From: a virus
Lineage: Duplodnaviria > Caudoviricetes
Reading direction: 5' to 3' (one strand)
DNA: 64,000 nucleotides
IMG/VR virus record: IMGVR_UViG_3300027749_000034
Below are positions 53,168 through 63,509 of this stretch, in pieces (within the stretch, counting starts at the first letter, position 1; the number at the start of each line of letters is the position of its first letter). The notes beneath the pieces are model-generated. The model made no database searches. It was not told the origin of the DNA and worked only from the letters and a program-made list of their open reading frames with translations. The translations under genes and the position numbers were made by a program.

Positions 53168-53842
53168 ATGCCAAAATTAGATGATTATGACGACAGTCAT
53201 GCAACGAATCCTGTAAGCGACACAGCTAAAAATTCGATCGCGAATAAGGTATCAAGTGGAACATCAACACTTGTTACAGCCACACCGTCAAGTTCTGGAT
53301 TTGGTTCAGCACCTGCCTCAGGTGGTTTTGGTAGTACTACCCCAGCAAGTGGATTTGGTGGCGCAAGCACTAGTGGATTTGGTGGCGCAAGCACCAGTGG
53401 ATTTGGCGGGTCCGGTTTCAGTGGAGCAAGCGCCAGCGGCTTTGGTGCTGGCTCAAGTACCTTTGGTGCTAGTTCATCCAGCATGTCTCAAACAAATTCG
53501 TTCAGTGGCACTGGCCAATCCAATAGCAATTTAACAAGCACTGGCGGAGCCATGCAAGAAGGCGGTACCACGACAATTGAAGCATCAAAAGGATTTGGAG
53601 ATTTTATCAATAGCAAATGGCGCCCAATGATGGCAGTGATTTATATGATTACCTGTTGCACAGACTTTGTAATATTTCCAGTGCTATGGTCAATAATGCA
53701 ATCATTATTTCATGGGTCGGTTACAAGTCAATGGTCACCACTAACACTACAAGGCGCTGGCCTGTATCACATTGCCATGGGTGCTGTATTAGGTTTAGCG
53801 GCATATGGTCGTAGTCAAGAAAAGATTGCAGGTAAAGCATAA
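53168..53842 (+). CDS. 3TM holin-like protein with an N-terminal FG/S-rich low-complexity region
   Basis: C-terminal KWRPMMAVIY...DFVIFPVLW...WSPLTLQGAGLYHIAMGAVLGLAAYGRSQEK resembles the GTA-type 3TM holin family. Confidence 0.65.
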   Translation: MPKLDDYDDSHATNPVSDTAKNSIANKVSSGTSTLVTATPSSSGFGSAPASGGFGSTTPASGFGGASTSGFGGASTSGFGGSGFSGASASGFGAGSSTFGASSSSMSQTNSFSGTGQSNSNLTSTGGAMQEGGTTTIEASKGFGDFINSKWRPMMAVIYMITCCTDFVIFPVLWSIMQSLFHGSVTSQWSPLTLQGAGLYHIAMGAVLGLAAYGRSQEKIAGKA

Positions 53843-55008
53843 TGACAATTAAAATTAATCACTCTCAAGAATCTTTTACACCAGAATCTGGTGTTTTAAA
53901 AATTGAAGGTAAAGGAGCCTTAAAGCTTCCCAGCGGGCCCGAATCAGACCGCCCAGTGATTAGTGCCGCCGGCTATGTTAGATTTGATCAAACTGTAACC
54001 AAACCTGAATTCTTTGATGGCACCAATTGGCAAACAATCACAGATAAAGTTTATGTTGACAACAAGGTTGCAACAGAGTTGACCAGAGCAACCGGCGCAG
54101 AATCAGTGTTAGATCTTAAAATTGATAATTTAGATTTAAATGCATTGACTGATGTAAACATTACAAATCCAACAGACGGCCAAGTAATTACATTTGACTC
54201 GGCACTGGGACTTTTTAGAACACAGACACAAGCATTCAGTGCAATCACAAAAATATTTTCTGGTGATGAATCAACAATGACATTTGATCTGCAGATGTCA
54301 GTGGCTGGAGTAAACAACTTGGTTGTATCTGTAAATGGAATACAACAAGAACCATTTTACAGTTTTAATTTGATTGATGGGCACATACTTGCATTTGATG
54401 AACCTCCAGAACAAAATGATAGAATTTTAGTCAGGGTGTTGAAGAGCACAGTTTCAAGTGACAGGCCTAGACCCAACATTGTTGGATTGTATTATGCCAC
54501 TCTTTCTAATTTTACCACAATTACAATTGTTGCAACAGATATAACATATGGCACATCAGTTAAAATTGGCGGTAAGGCAATTACTAGAATTGATTATCCG
54601 TCATCAGACCGCATGCAAGTCATGATCGAAACTTCATTGATGTCAACTCAGTTTTGGCAACAGTCGCAGGATTTGACAATAGTCGACACCAGTGGCAATG
54701 AGTTTGTGTTTCCAGGCCTTATTAGGGTAGGAACCAATCAGCCACATTGGACAGACTCAACCAGCTATATCGGAACATTTTCCGGTGGAGACAGCGTTAT
54801 TTTTCCAATTGGAGTAAATAATGCTACAAACTTTACTATTGATCCAGCATATGATGGAGAAGCCGCAATTTCGTGGCTATCAATTAGTGGAGGTAATATC
54901 GTTGGTACTGCTCCTCAAAACAGTAGTCCAAGCAGATATGAAGTAAAAATTACAGCCAGTGATGGTAGCGTTTATATAACGAAAAACTACTGGTTGTTAG
55001 TGATATAA
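53842..55008 (+). CDS. Tail-fibre-associated structural protein with Ig-like domains
   Basis: GALKLPSG..SDRP...GYVRFD; LNALTDV..TNPTDGQVITFD; VSVNGIQQEP; C-terminal He_PIG-like WLSISGGNIVGTAP...VKITASDG. Confidence 0.6.
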   Translation: MTIKINHSQESFTPESGVLKIEGKGALKLPSGPESDRPVISAAGYVRFDQTVTKPEFFDGTNWQTITDKVYVDNKVATELTRATGAESVLDLKIDNLDLNALTDVNITNPTDGQVITFDSALGLFRTQTQAFSAITKIFSGDESTMTFDLQMSVAGVNNLVVSVNGIQQEPFYSFNLIDGHILAFDEPPEQNDRILVRVLKSTVSSDRPRPNIVGLYYATLSNFTTITIVATDITYGTSVKIGGKAITRIDYPSSDRMQVMIETSLMSTQFWQQSQDLTIVDTSGNEFVFPGLIRVGTNQPHWTDSTSYIGTFSGGDSVIFPIGVNNATNFTIDPAYDGEAAISWLSISGGNIVGTAPQNSSPSRYEVKITASDGSVYITKNYWLLVI

Positions 55009-55087
55009 TATATTCTCATGTTGGTTGGCACCATACTTAAAAATGCCAAGATTAGAGTTCACTAGAACTCTTTAAGAGGATAAAAAA

Positions 55088-58000
55088 ATGCCAATTATTA
55101 AAGCCAGGTCAAGTTCCCTATCAGGATCGTTGGACCTTCGTGGAACTCCTACGGCGCCAACCGCGTCACAGTCAGTACACACAACCCAAGTTGCTACAAC
55201 AGCCTATGTTGGAACAGCCGTAACAAATTTAATTAACTCTGCTCCTTCAGTACTAGACACACTATCTGAATTAGCAAGTGCGATTAACAATGATGCAAGT
55301 TTTACATCAACAGTCACTACAGCACTAGCTGGTAAACTGGCCAAAGCCGGCGACACAATGTCAGGTTTCTTGGTATTGAATGCTGATCCAGTTGCCAACT
55401 TAGGTGCTACAACCAAGCAATATGTTGATTCGTTGATCAATGGAATTACAATTAATAGTACAGACGATGTACCAGAAGGTTCAAATAACCTATACTACTT
55501 GACAACTCGTGTTCGTGGTGATATTTCATTGTCAAGCAATAACACCAGTGTTTTAGACTATAACAGTACAACTGGTGCGTTCACATACTCACATCCAACA
55601 AGTGATGGCGTATTAGAAGGTACTACAAATGTATATTTTACCAATGCAAGAGCTAGAACAGCAGTTAGTTTAACAACCGACGACAACAGTATTTTAACAT
55701 ACAGCAGTAGTACTGGTGGATTTACTTTTGCTAAACCAGACACAGATAAAGTAGCAGAAGGTTCAACCCACTTATACTTTACAACAGCCCGTGCTCGTGC
55801 AAGTGTAAGCAATGGTTCCAATATTGCTTATGATTCAGCTACTGGTATTATCAGTACACAAGCCGCAGTTTGGTCAGTTAACGGACAAAACCACACAGTG
55901 GTATTGACAACTTCTGACATCGCCGAAGGTACAAATTTATATTATACAGATACAAGAGCCCGTGCCGCAGTAAGTTTAACAACTGGCAACTCTAATCTTT
56001 TAGCCTATAACGCAACAACCGGTATTTTCACATTTGTAGTACCAACTACAACTGATATCGCTGAAGGTACAAATTTATATTATACAAACACAAGAGCCAG
56101 AGCCGCAATCAGTGCAACAGGTTGGGATAGACTAAGTTATACTGCTGGAACAGGTGTTATCAATATTACTGCTCCAAACACAACCAATGTTGCAGAAGAT
56201 CCAGCCGCGACAGTATCAAGTGGTACCATGTATTTCACTAACGCTCGTGTCAAGGCCGCAATCAGTGCAGTTGATGCAGGTGGTGATGGTAGTTTTGCAT
56301 ATGACTCTGCAACTGGTGCATTTACTTACACAGGTCCAAGTGATGCTGAAGTTCGCGCACACTTTAGTGCCGCAACAAGTGGAACTGGTTGGGGTGGATT
56401 GACATATGACTCAGCAACTGGTGTTAATACATTTGCCAAAGTAACAGATGCAAATATTCGTCAAGCATTGAGCGCCGCAACAAGTGGTACTGGCTTTGGT
56501 GGATTGACATATGACTCAGCAACTGGTGTAGTTACATTTGCCAAAGTCACAGCCGCTGATGTTCGTGGCAATTTAAGTGCTACAACAGCTTCAGGTGCCA
56601 CATATGACTCAGCAACTGGTGTTATTGCATTGGCTAACATTCCAAATGCAAGTTTGACAAACAGCAAAGTTACACTTAACACACATGATGTTTCATTGGG
56701 TGGTAGTTTAACATTAAATGCTGATGACATTGCTGAAGCTGTTGGTGGAACCAACAAGTACTTGACAGATGCACGATGGGATACAAGACTTGCTACTAAG
56801 ACAACAACCAATCTTGCAGAAGGTACTAACTTATATTATACAACAGCTAGATTTGATACACAATTAGCCACTAAGACAACAACCAATCTTGCAGAAGGCA
56901 CTAACCTGTACTACACAAATGCTCGTGCCAGAGCCGCATTAGTTGGTGGAACTGGTGTATCATACAATACTAGCACTGGCGAAATTGCAATTGGACAGGC
57001 TGTAGAGACATCAAGCAATGTTACTTTTGGTAATGTTACAGTTGGTGGTGATTTGACAGTTAACGGTACAATGACTGCTGTAAATTCAACAGTTGTTACA
57101 ATTGCTGATAAAAATATCACACTTGGTGCAGGTGCCGCAGATGCGTCAGCCGCTAACGGTGCTGGTATTACAGTAGATGGCGCAGGCGCAACAATTACCT
57201 ATGTTTCAAGTTCAGACAAATGGGCATTGAACAAAGGCTTGACTGTAGCAGGTGACTTGAGTATTACTGGTGGACTGGCCGCACCAAGCTTTACTGGTGA
57301 CTTAAACGGTAGCGTATCGGGTGCGTCAGGTACATTTAGTTCGTTGATTAACGGACGAGTTGTATTTGCTGGATCTGCAGGCCTATTAAGTTCTGATTCA
57401 GATCTAACATTTTTAACTGACACACTAACTGCTACAAAAATAGTTGGCACAACAAGTGTTTCTACTGCTAGTTTGACAGCAAGCTCATTGACAAGCGGTC
57501 GTGTTACATTTGCTGGCACAGCTGGACTACTAAGCGATAATGCTGGTTTGACATTTGCCGCAGGTGTATTAACATCTACAGTTGGTTTTGCTGGTGCATT
57601 GACAGGTAATGTTACAGGTAACCTGACTGGTAATGTAACTGGACAAGTTAGTGATATTAGTAATCACAACACAAGTCAATTAGCAGAAGATCCAGCCGCG
57701 ACAGTATCAAGTGGCACCATGTACTTTACACAGGCCCGTGCCCGTAGTACTTTAAGTGTAGTTGATGCAGGTGGTGATGGCAGTTTTGCATATGACTCTG
57801 CAACTGGTGCATTTACTTACACAGGTCCAAGTCCAACTGAAGTTCGCGCACACTTTAGTGCCACAGCAAGTGGAACTGGTTGGGGCGATTTGACTTATGC
57901 CGCAGGTGTATTCACATACGCAAAAGTAACAGATGCAAACATTCGTCAAGCAGTGAGCGCAACAACAGTAAGTGGTGTAACTTATAGTTCATCAACTGGT

Positions 58001-59029
58001 GTTATTGCACTAGCCGCTATTCCAAATAGCAGTTTGACAAACAGCAAAGTTACAATTAACACACATGATGTTTCATTGGGTACTAGCTTGGTATTGAACA
58101 CAGATGATGTACAAGAACTTGGTTCACCAACCAACAAGTACTTCACTGACACTCGTGCTAGAAATGCTATTAGTTTGACCACAAGCAAAAACACAGTATT
58201 GTCATACAATGCCACAACTGGTGTATTTGTATTTGACTTGGCCCATACAACAACTGATGATGTTGCAGAAGGTGCAACCAACAAGTACTACACTGACACT
58301 CGTGCAAGAGCCGCTATCAGTAACGGTGCCAACATTGACTATGACAACACAACAGGCGTTGTCAGCACACAGGCCGCTGTATGGTCAGTCAACGGACAAA
58401 ACCACACAGTTGTTCTATCAAGTGATGACATTTCTGATCTTGGTCGTACAAACAAATGGTTTACAAATGCTCAGGCTCGTGCCGCAATTACATTAACATC
58501 AAATGATACTAATGTATTAAGCTACAACGGTGGTACTGGTGTATTCACATACGCAAAACCAAATACTGATGCAGTTGCAGAAGGTTCAACTAACCTGTAC
58601 TATACCAATGCAAGAGCAGATGCTCGTATTGCAGCCGCAAGTATTAATGCATTGGCCGACGTTGACACAACAGTTGGTTTATCTGATGGTTACACACTGG
58701 TTTGGTCTGCCGCAGGAAGCAAGTTTGTTCCACAGAACATTGCTACTTCAAGTACATCATTGAACTTTACCGGTGATGGCACAACATTAAGTTACAGTAC
58801 TGGTGTTTTAGTAAGCTCAATTGACAATACACAAGTGTATGTCAACGGTTTAATCCAAGCACCTACATACTCTTATAGTATTTCTACTACAAGTGGTATA
58901 ACAAGTATTGTATTAACTGAAGCTCCGGAACAAGACGATTATATCTATATTCGCGTAAGTTCAGTCTCTGGCTTGACAGCTGGTGGTGTTCTAAATGAGT
59001 CTAGTACAATCGACGGTGGTACATACTAA
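55088..59029 (+). CDS. Long tail fibre-like protein with 14 AEG-N-YYT-RARAA repeats
   Basis: T/S/G-rich; N-terminal LRGTPTAPT...TTQVATTAYV...LDTLSELASAINND fibre motif. Confidence 0.78.
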   Translation: MPIIKARSSSLSGSLDLRGTPTAPTASQSVHTTQVATTAYVGTAVTNLINSAPSVLDTLSELASAINNDASFTSTVTTALAGKLAKAGDTMSGFLVLNADPVANLGATTKQYVDSLINGITINSTDDVPEGSNNLYYLTTRVRGDISLSSNNTSVLDYNSTTGAFTYSHPTSDGVLEGTTNVYFTNARARTAVSLTTDDNSILTYSSSTGGFTFAKPDTDKVAEGSTHLYFTTARARASVSNGSNIAYDSATGIISTQAAVWSVNGQNHTVVLTTSDIAEGTNLYYTDTRARAAVSLTTGNSNLLAYNATTGIFTFVVPTTTDIAEGTNLYYTNTRARAAISATGWDRLSYTAGTGVINITAPNTTNVAEDPAATVSSGTMYFTNARVKAAISAVDAGGDGSFAYDSATGAFTYTGPSDAEVRAHFSAATSGTGWGGLTYDSATGVNTFAKVTDANIRQALSAATSGTGFGGLTYDSATGVVTFAKVTAADVRGNLSATTASGATYDSATGVIALANIPNASLTNSKVTLNTHDVSLGGSLTLNADDIAEAVGGTNKYLTDARWDTRLATKTTTNLAEGTNLYYTTARFDTQLATKTTTNLAEGTNLYYTNARARAALVGGTGVSYNTSTGEIAIGQAVETSSNVTFGNVTVGGDLTVNGTMTAVNSTVVTIADKNITLGAGAADASAANGAGITVDGAGATITYVSSSDKWALNKGLTVAGDLSITGGLAAPSFTGDLNGSVSGASGTFSSLINGRVVFAGSAGLLSSDSDLTFLTDTLTATKIVGTTSVSTASLTASSLTSGRVTFAGTAGLLSDNAGLTFAAGVLTSTVGFAGALTGNVTGNLTGNVTGQVSDISNHNTSQLAEDPAATVSSGTMYFTQARARSTLSVVDAGGDGSFAYDSATGAFTYTGPSPTEVRAHFSATASGTGWGDLTYAAGVFTYAKVTDANIRQAVSATTVSGVTYSSSTGVIALAAIPNSSLTNSKVTINTHDVSLGTSLVLNTDDVQELGSPTNKYFTDTRARNAISLTTSKNTVLSYNATTGVFVFDLAHTTTDDVAEGATNKYYTDTRARAAISNGANIDYDNTTGVVSTQAAVWSVNGQNHTVVLSSDDISDLGRTNKWFTNAQARAAITLTSNDTNVLSYNGGTGVFTYAKPNTDAVAEGSTNLYYTNARADARIAAASINALADVDTTVGLSDGYTLVWSAAGSKFVPQNIATSSTSLNFTGDGTTLSYSTGVLVSSIDNTQVYVNGLIQAPTYSYSISTTSGITSIVLTEAPEQDDYIYIRVSSVSGLTAGGVLNESSTIDGGTY
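56192..57885 (+). repeat. Internal direct repeat pair (56192-56394 and 57683-57885, offset 1491 bp)
   Basis: Contains a 51-bp exact match (56291-56341 = 57782-57832). Confidence 0.9.
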
Positions 59030-59060
59030 TCTAATTTAGAATCTAAATTGGTTGAGTAAA

Positions 59061-59090
59061 AGGGAGGGCATAGGAAACTATGCCTTTCCT
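59061..59090. terminator. 13-bp GAAA-loop hairpin (terminator or processing site)
   Basis: AGGGAGGGCATAG-GAAA-CTATGCCTTTCCT after the fibre gene; no clean U-tract. Confidence 0.55.
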
Positions 59091-59092
59091 GC

Positions 59093-59098
59093 TAAATA
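59093..59098 (+). promoter_or_regulatory. Late promoter core TAAATA
   Basis: Right after the hairpin, upstream of gene 59132. Confidence 0.55.
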
Positions 59099-59131
59099 CT
59101 GCGTCAAATTGACTTTGAGGTAAGAGTATAA

Positions 59132-59632
59132 ATGCCAATATTTCGCGGTAGAAATTTAGTAAGTGCAATCTCAGACTATAAAGATAGTGCAAGAGTTGTG
59201 CTTCGTTCCCCTATTGACCTGGCCAATTCTGTTTTTACAATTGACGGAGTGACACTGAACGATAAAGATAGGGTATTGTTGGCTGGCCAAAGTCCAGCAA
59301 CTACCAACGGAATTTATACCTGGTCGGCCAGCACTAATAAACTCACAAGATCAAAGGACGCAGATAGTAGCGTAGAGTTGACTTCCGGCGCCAAAGTGTA
59401 TGTGGAAGAAGGAACTATTAACGAAAAAACAACATGGACTGTGATCACTGCAGGAAATTTTACAATTGGCACATCAAGTATTGTATTTGCCAAAGAAAGC
59501 AGAATTGGTCCAGTTGATTTATCTGGAGCCTACGGCGCTTCTACCAAAACCCTAACAATAACATTAAACGAGTCCGGCCAAATTGACTCAATCGCCCAAT
59601 CAGACATAGCTCTCGATGGCGGCGAATTCTAA
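59132..59632 (+). CDS. Virion structural / fibre-associated protein
   Basis: IDGVTLNDKDRVLLAGQ...NGIYTW...LTRSKDAD...VYVEEGT module typical of phage fibre/decoration proteins. Confidence 0.6.
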   Translation: MPIFRGRNLVSAISDYKDSARVVLRSPIDLANSVFTIDGVTLNDKDRVLLAGQSPATTNGIYTWSASTNKLTRSKDADSSVELTSGAKVYVEEGTINEKTTWTVITAGNFTIGTSSIVFAKESRIGPVDLSGAYGASTKTLTITLNESGQIDSIAQSDIALDGGEF

Positions 59633-59671
59633 AATATTCAAGTACTACCACTGATTATTGGTTGGTCCTGG

Positions 59672-59677
59672 TAAATA
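59672..59677 (+). promoter_or_regulatory. Late promoter core (GG)TAAATA
   Basis: Intergenic, upstream of gene 59736. Confidence 0.55.
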
Positions 59678-59735
59678 GCTTTGGAAAGAATGGACGAAAC
59701 CCATCAATAGACCAAAAAGGGAGTAGATACTCAAA

Positions 59736-62700
59736 ATGGCCAATCAAATCATTTTAAAGCGTAGTTCACAGGCGAGCAAAGTTCCAACAACAGCTCAACT
59801 AGAATTAGGCGAAATTGCTATCAACACATATGACGGCAGAATTTTCATCAAGAAAAACAACGGAGCAACATCAGTTGTTGAAATTGGTGGTGTAACAACC
59901 GTCAACACATACGGCGGCGCAGTAGTTCTAAATGCAGATGATGTATTAGAAAAAGCATCATCGCCAAATAATTTATATTTCACTAATGCTCGTGCAAGAG
60001 CCGCATTAAGTGGAACAGGTAGCATCAGCTACAGCTCATCAACTGGTGTTATCACAACTACCCAGTCAATCACAACTGCCGCTACACCAACATTTGCTGG
60101 TTTAACATTGACCGGCAACATGGGTATCACTGGTAACATTACACCAAGTGCAAGCAACACCTATAGCCTAGGTACTGCTTCATATCCGTGGAAAGACGTG
60201 TTTGTTGGTCCAGGTACATTGTATGTTAACGGCAAAGCAGTTATTCAGGACACATCAGGTACAATGACTTTCAGTACTGACACTGACCAAAACATGCGTA
60301 TTACCACAGCTGGTACTGGTGTTTTACAATTGGGTTCAAGTACAACATTAACAGCAGTAAGCGGTACTTTACAAATTCAAAGCGGTAAGAATGTCACTGA
60401 CAGCGCAGGCGTAGCAGTTTCGTTTGGTAATGCCATTAACATGAACACTGCCAAAATTATTGGCCTAGGTACTCCAAGTGCCAATACAGATGCCGCAACA
60501 AAAGGTTATGTTGATAGTACAGTTGGCGCATTAAGCACAAGCAGTATCACACAAGGTAACTCAAGTGTTTCAGTAGTTGACACAGGAACAGGTTCAATTA
60601 CACTGACAGCAGATGGTTCAACAGCCATGACCGCTGATGCAACTGGTGTTACAATTTCAGGCAACTTGACAGTCAACGGAACAACAACCACAGTCAATTC
60701 AAATACAATTAACTTAGCTGACAACATTATCACATTAAACAGTGATTGGACTGGCTCAGCCTCACAAAATGCTGGTGTTGAAGTCAATCGAGGTGATGAT
60801 TCCAAGGTATCATTGCGTTGGAATGAAGGTTCGGACATTTGGCAATTTACAAATGATGGCGCAACATACTATCCAATGGCAGTCAATACAGATGGATTGG
60901 CAGAAGGTAGTACAAACCAATACCATACAACCACTCGTGCTAGAGCCGCATTGAGTGCAACAACAGCAACTGGTGTTAGCTACAGTAGTGCAACAGGTGT
61001 AATCAGCTTGGGTTCTATCCCAAATACTGCATTGGCAAACAACAGCATCACTATCAATGGAACAGCAACAGCATTGGGTGGAACTCGTACATTGACAACT
61101 AGCGATGTTGCCGAAGGTACAAGCTTATACTATACTGATACTCGTGCTAGAGCCGCACTCAGCGCAACAACTGCAACAGGCGTTGCATACAACAGCTCAA
61201 CAGGTGTTATTTCTTTAGCCAGCGTTCCAAACTCATCGTTGACAAACAGCTCAGTCACAATTGGTTCAACTGCTCTAAGCTTAGGTGCAACATCAACTGT
61301 GTTTGCTGGCCTAACAAGTGTAACATCAACAAGTTTTGTTGGTGCGCTAACTGGTAATGCTACAACAGCTACTACATTGGCAACAGCCCGTACAATTAAC
61401 GGTGTAAGTTTTGATGGTAGCGCGGCAGTTACAGTTCATACAGCAGGTACAGGTATCAGCGTAAGTGGTACAAGTGTTGCAATTGATACTGCTGTAACAG
61501 TTGATAAAACAACTACTCAGACTTTGACCAACAAAACATTAACAAGCCCAACAATCAACGGTGCAACAATTGGTGGTCATTTGCTTCCAAGCACTGATGT
61601 TACATACAACTTGGGTAGTGCAACCTACAGATTCAAAGATCTATTCTTAAGCGGCAACACAATTCAACTTGGTACTGCAACAATCTCTGCCAGTGGCAGT
61701 GGTGTTGGTATGTCAAGCTTGGCACTAACTGGTGCAACAAGCGGTACTGTTACATTAACTCCTCCGGCAGTGGCAGGCACAACAGCAATTAGTATTCCAG
61801 CAACAAATGGAACATTGGTAACAACAGGCGACACAGGTACTGTTACAAGCACAATGATTGCCGACGGTACAATTGTCAACGGTGACATTAGTGCCAGCGC
61901 CGCAATTGCCTACAGCAAATTGGCACTAACTGGTGCAATTTTAAATGCTGACTTAGCTGGTAGTATTGCTACAAGCAAGATCACTGGTTTAGCTACATCT
62001 GCTACAACAGATACAACTAATGCAAGTAACATTACTAGCGGTACATTACCAAATGCTCGTTTAGTAAGTGTTCCAAACAGCGCATTGGCAAACAGCTCAG
62101 TAACAGTTGGTACAACAGCAATTGCATTGGGTGCAAGCTCAACAACATTGGCTGGTTTAACTAGTGTTACATCAACTGGCTTTACTGGTGCTTTGACAGG
62201 TAATGCAGACACAGCAACAGCATTAGCAACAGGTAGAACTATTGCTTTAACTGGCGATGTCACATACACTAGCCCATCATTTACTGGTGCTGGCAATGTA
62301 ACAGCGGCAGCTACACTGGCCACAGTCAACAGTAATACTGGTGCATTTGGTTCAGCAACGGCTATTCCAGTAATCACAGTCAACGGCAAGGGTTTAATTA
62401 CTGCAATTTCAACAACAGCAGTTTCTATTCCAAGTGGCGCTTTAACATTCACTGGTGATGTAACAGGTTCAGGTACAACTGGTAGTTCAACAGCATTGAC
62501 AATTGCCACCGGCGCAGTTACAAATGTCAAACTAGCAAACAGTTCTGTTACAGTCACAGCTGGTACAGGCATGTCAGGTGGCGGTGCAGTGGCATTAGGT
62601 AGCACAATTACATTGACCAATGCTGGTGTAACAAGTATCGTTGCTGGTACAGGTATTAGCGTAAGTGGTGCAACAGGTGCAGTTACAGTTACCAACAGTA

Positions 62701-63188
62701 TCACAAACAACAACCAGTTGACAAACGGTTCTGGCTATGTTACATCAAGCGTCTTGGCAAGTACACACACTGGTGCATTGTCCACAAGTAGTGCTTGTGC
62801 AACAGGTGCTTTGACAGTTACTGGTGCTATTACAGCTACTGGTGAAGTTACAGCTTACTACTCAGACATTAACTTGAAGAAGGACATTGTAGAAATTACA
62901 GATCCTATTGCCAAGGTAATGAGCTTGCGTGGTGTTACTTTCCGTCCAAATGATACAGCGTTGGCCTTGGGCATTGTTGACAAAGAAGAAGTTGGTGTTA
63001 TTGCTCAAGAAGTTGAAGCAGTATTACCACAGCTTGTATCAGCCAGTGCATTTGAAGGTTATAAAACTGTTAAGTATGAGAAGTTGACAGCATTGTTGCT
63101 CGAAGCAATTAAAGCCCAACAGCTACAACTTGATGCCTTAACAGCTCAAATTGCTAAGTTAGGCGGTTCGGCTACAACCGAACTTTAA
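59736..63188 (+). CDS. Tail fibre with a C-terminal S74 intramolecular chaperone
   Basis: N-terminal ILKRSS...GEIAINTYDGRIFIK; C-terminal YYSDINLKKDI...LRGVTF...GVIAQEVEAVLPQLV...VKYEKLTALLLEAIK. Confidence 0.88.
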   Translation: MANQIILKRSSQASKVPTTAQLELGEIAINTYDGRIFIKKNNGATSVVEIGGVTTVNTYGGAVVLNADDVLEKASSPNNLYFTNARARAALSGTGSISYSSSTGVITTTQSITTAATPTFAGLTLTGNMGITGNITPSASNTYSLGTASYPWKDVFVGPGTLYVNGKAVIQDTSGTMTFSTDTDQNMRITTAGTGVLQLGSSTTLTAVSGTLQIQSGKNVTDSAGVAVSFGNAINMNTAKIIGLGTPSANTDAATKGYVDSTVGALSTSSITQGNSSVSVVDTGTGSITLTADGSTAMTADATGVTISGNLTVNGTTTTVNSNTINLADNIITLNSDWTGSASQNAGVEVNRGDDSKVSLRWNEGSDIWQFTNDGATYYPMAVNTDGLAEGSTNQYHTTTRARAALSATTATGVSYSSATGVISLGSIPNTALANNSITINGTATALGGTRTLTTSDVAEGTSLYYTDTRARAALSATTATGVAYNSSTGVISLASVPNSSLTNSSVTIGSTALSLGATSTVFAGLTSVTSTSFVGALTGNATTATTLATARTINGVSFDGSAAVTVHTAGTGISVSGTSVAIDTAVTVDKTTTQTLTNKTLTSPTINGATIGGHLLPSTDVTYNLGSATYRFKDLFLSGNTIQLGTATISASGSGVGMSSLALTGATSGTVTLTPPAVAGTTAISIPATNGTLVTTGDTGTVTSTMIADGTIVNGDISASAAIAYSKLALTGAILNADLAGSIATSKITGLATSATTDTTNASNITSGTLPNARLVSVPNSALANSSVTVGTTAIALGASSTTLAGLTSVTSTGFTGALTGNADTATALATGRTIALTGDVTYTSPSFTGAGNVTAAATLATVNSNTGAFGSATAIPVITVNGKGLITAISTTAVSIPSGALTFTGDVTGSGTTGSSTALTIATGAVTNVKLANSSVTVTAGTGMSGGGAVALGSTITLTNAGVTSIVAGTGISVSGATGAVTVTNSITNNNQLTNGSGYVTSSVLASTHTGALSTSSACATGALTVTGAITATGEVTAYYSDINLKKDIVEITDPIAKVMSLRGVTFRPNDTALALGIVDKEEVGVIAQEVEAVLPQLVSASAFEGYKTVKYEKLTALLLEAIKAQQLQLDALTAQIAKLGGSATTEL

Positions 63189-63219
63189 GCTCTGGTAACT
63201 AGCAAAGGAGATATACATT

Positions 63220-63411
63220 ATGGCAATCCTTCCAGCAACTGGATCGGCAATGACTTTTACTAATGTCAAAAAGGGCTACAGCAATGCGGCCCCAGGCGCA
63301 GGCTCAAATACCGCATTACGCGGTACACTTGGCGCTTACATTAGTATCAGTACAGGTGCCGTTAGTTTAAGTTCTACATTTGGCGGTCGAAGTACACCTT
63401 ATGCAACTTAA
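63220..63411 (+). CDS. Small protein downstream of the fibre gene
   Basis: 63 aa, AAGGAG SD, followed by a terminator. Confidence 0.7.
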   Translation: MAILPATGSAMTFTNVKKGYSNAAPGAGSNTALRGTLGAYISISTGAVSLSSTFGGRSTPYAT

Positions 63412-63423
63412 TCGTTGATAAAC

Positions 63424-63453
63424 AAAGAAAGGGCGGCAACGCCCTTTCTTTTT
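63424..63453. terminator. Intrinsic terminator
   Basis: AAAGAAAGGGCG-GCAA-CGCCCTTTCTTTTT. Confidence 0.92.
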
Positions 63454-63509
63454 GGTTATGATTTCAGAAAATATTTTGATACATAGTAAGTTATTAAAGG
63501 AGTTTACCC

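Noticed and set aside
56192-57885. Diversity-generating retroelement template/variable repeat pair
   Set aside because: Mismatches are not adenine-specific (many are C/T third-position changes), both copies lie in-frame inside one CDS, and there is no reverse transcriptase in the window.
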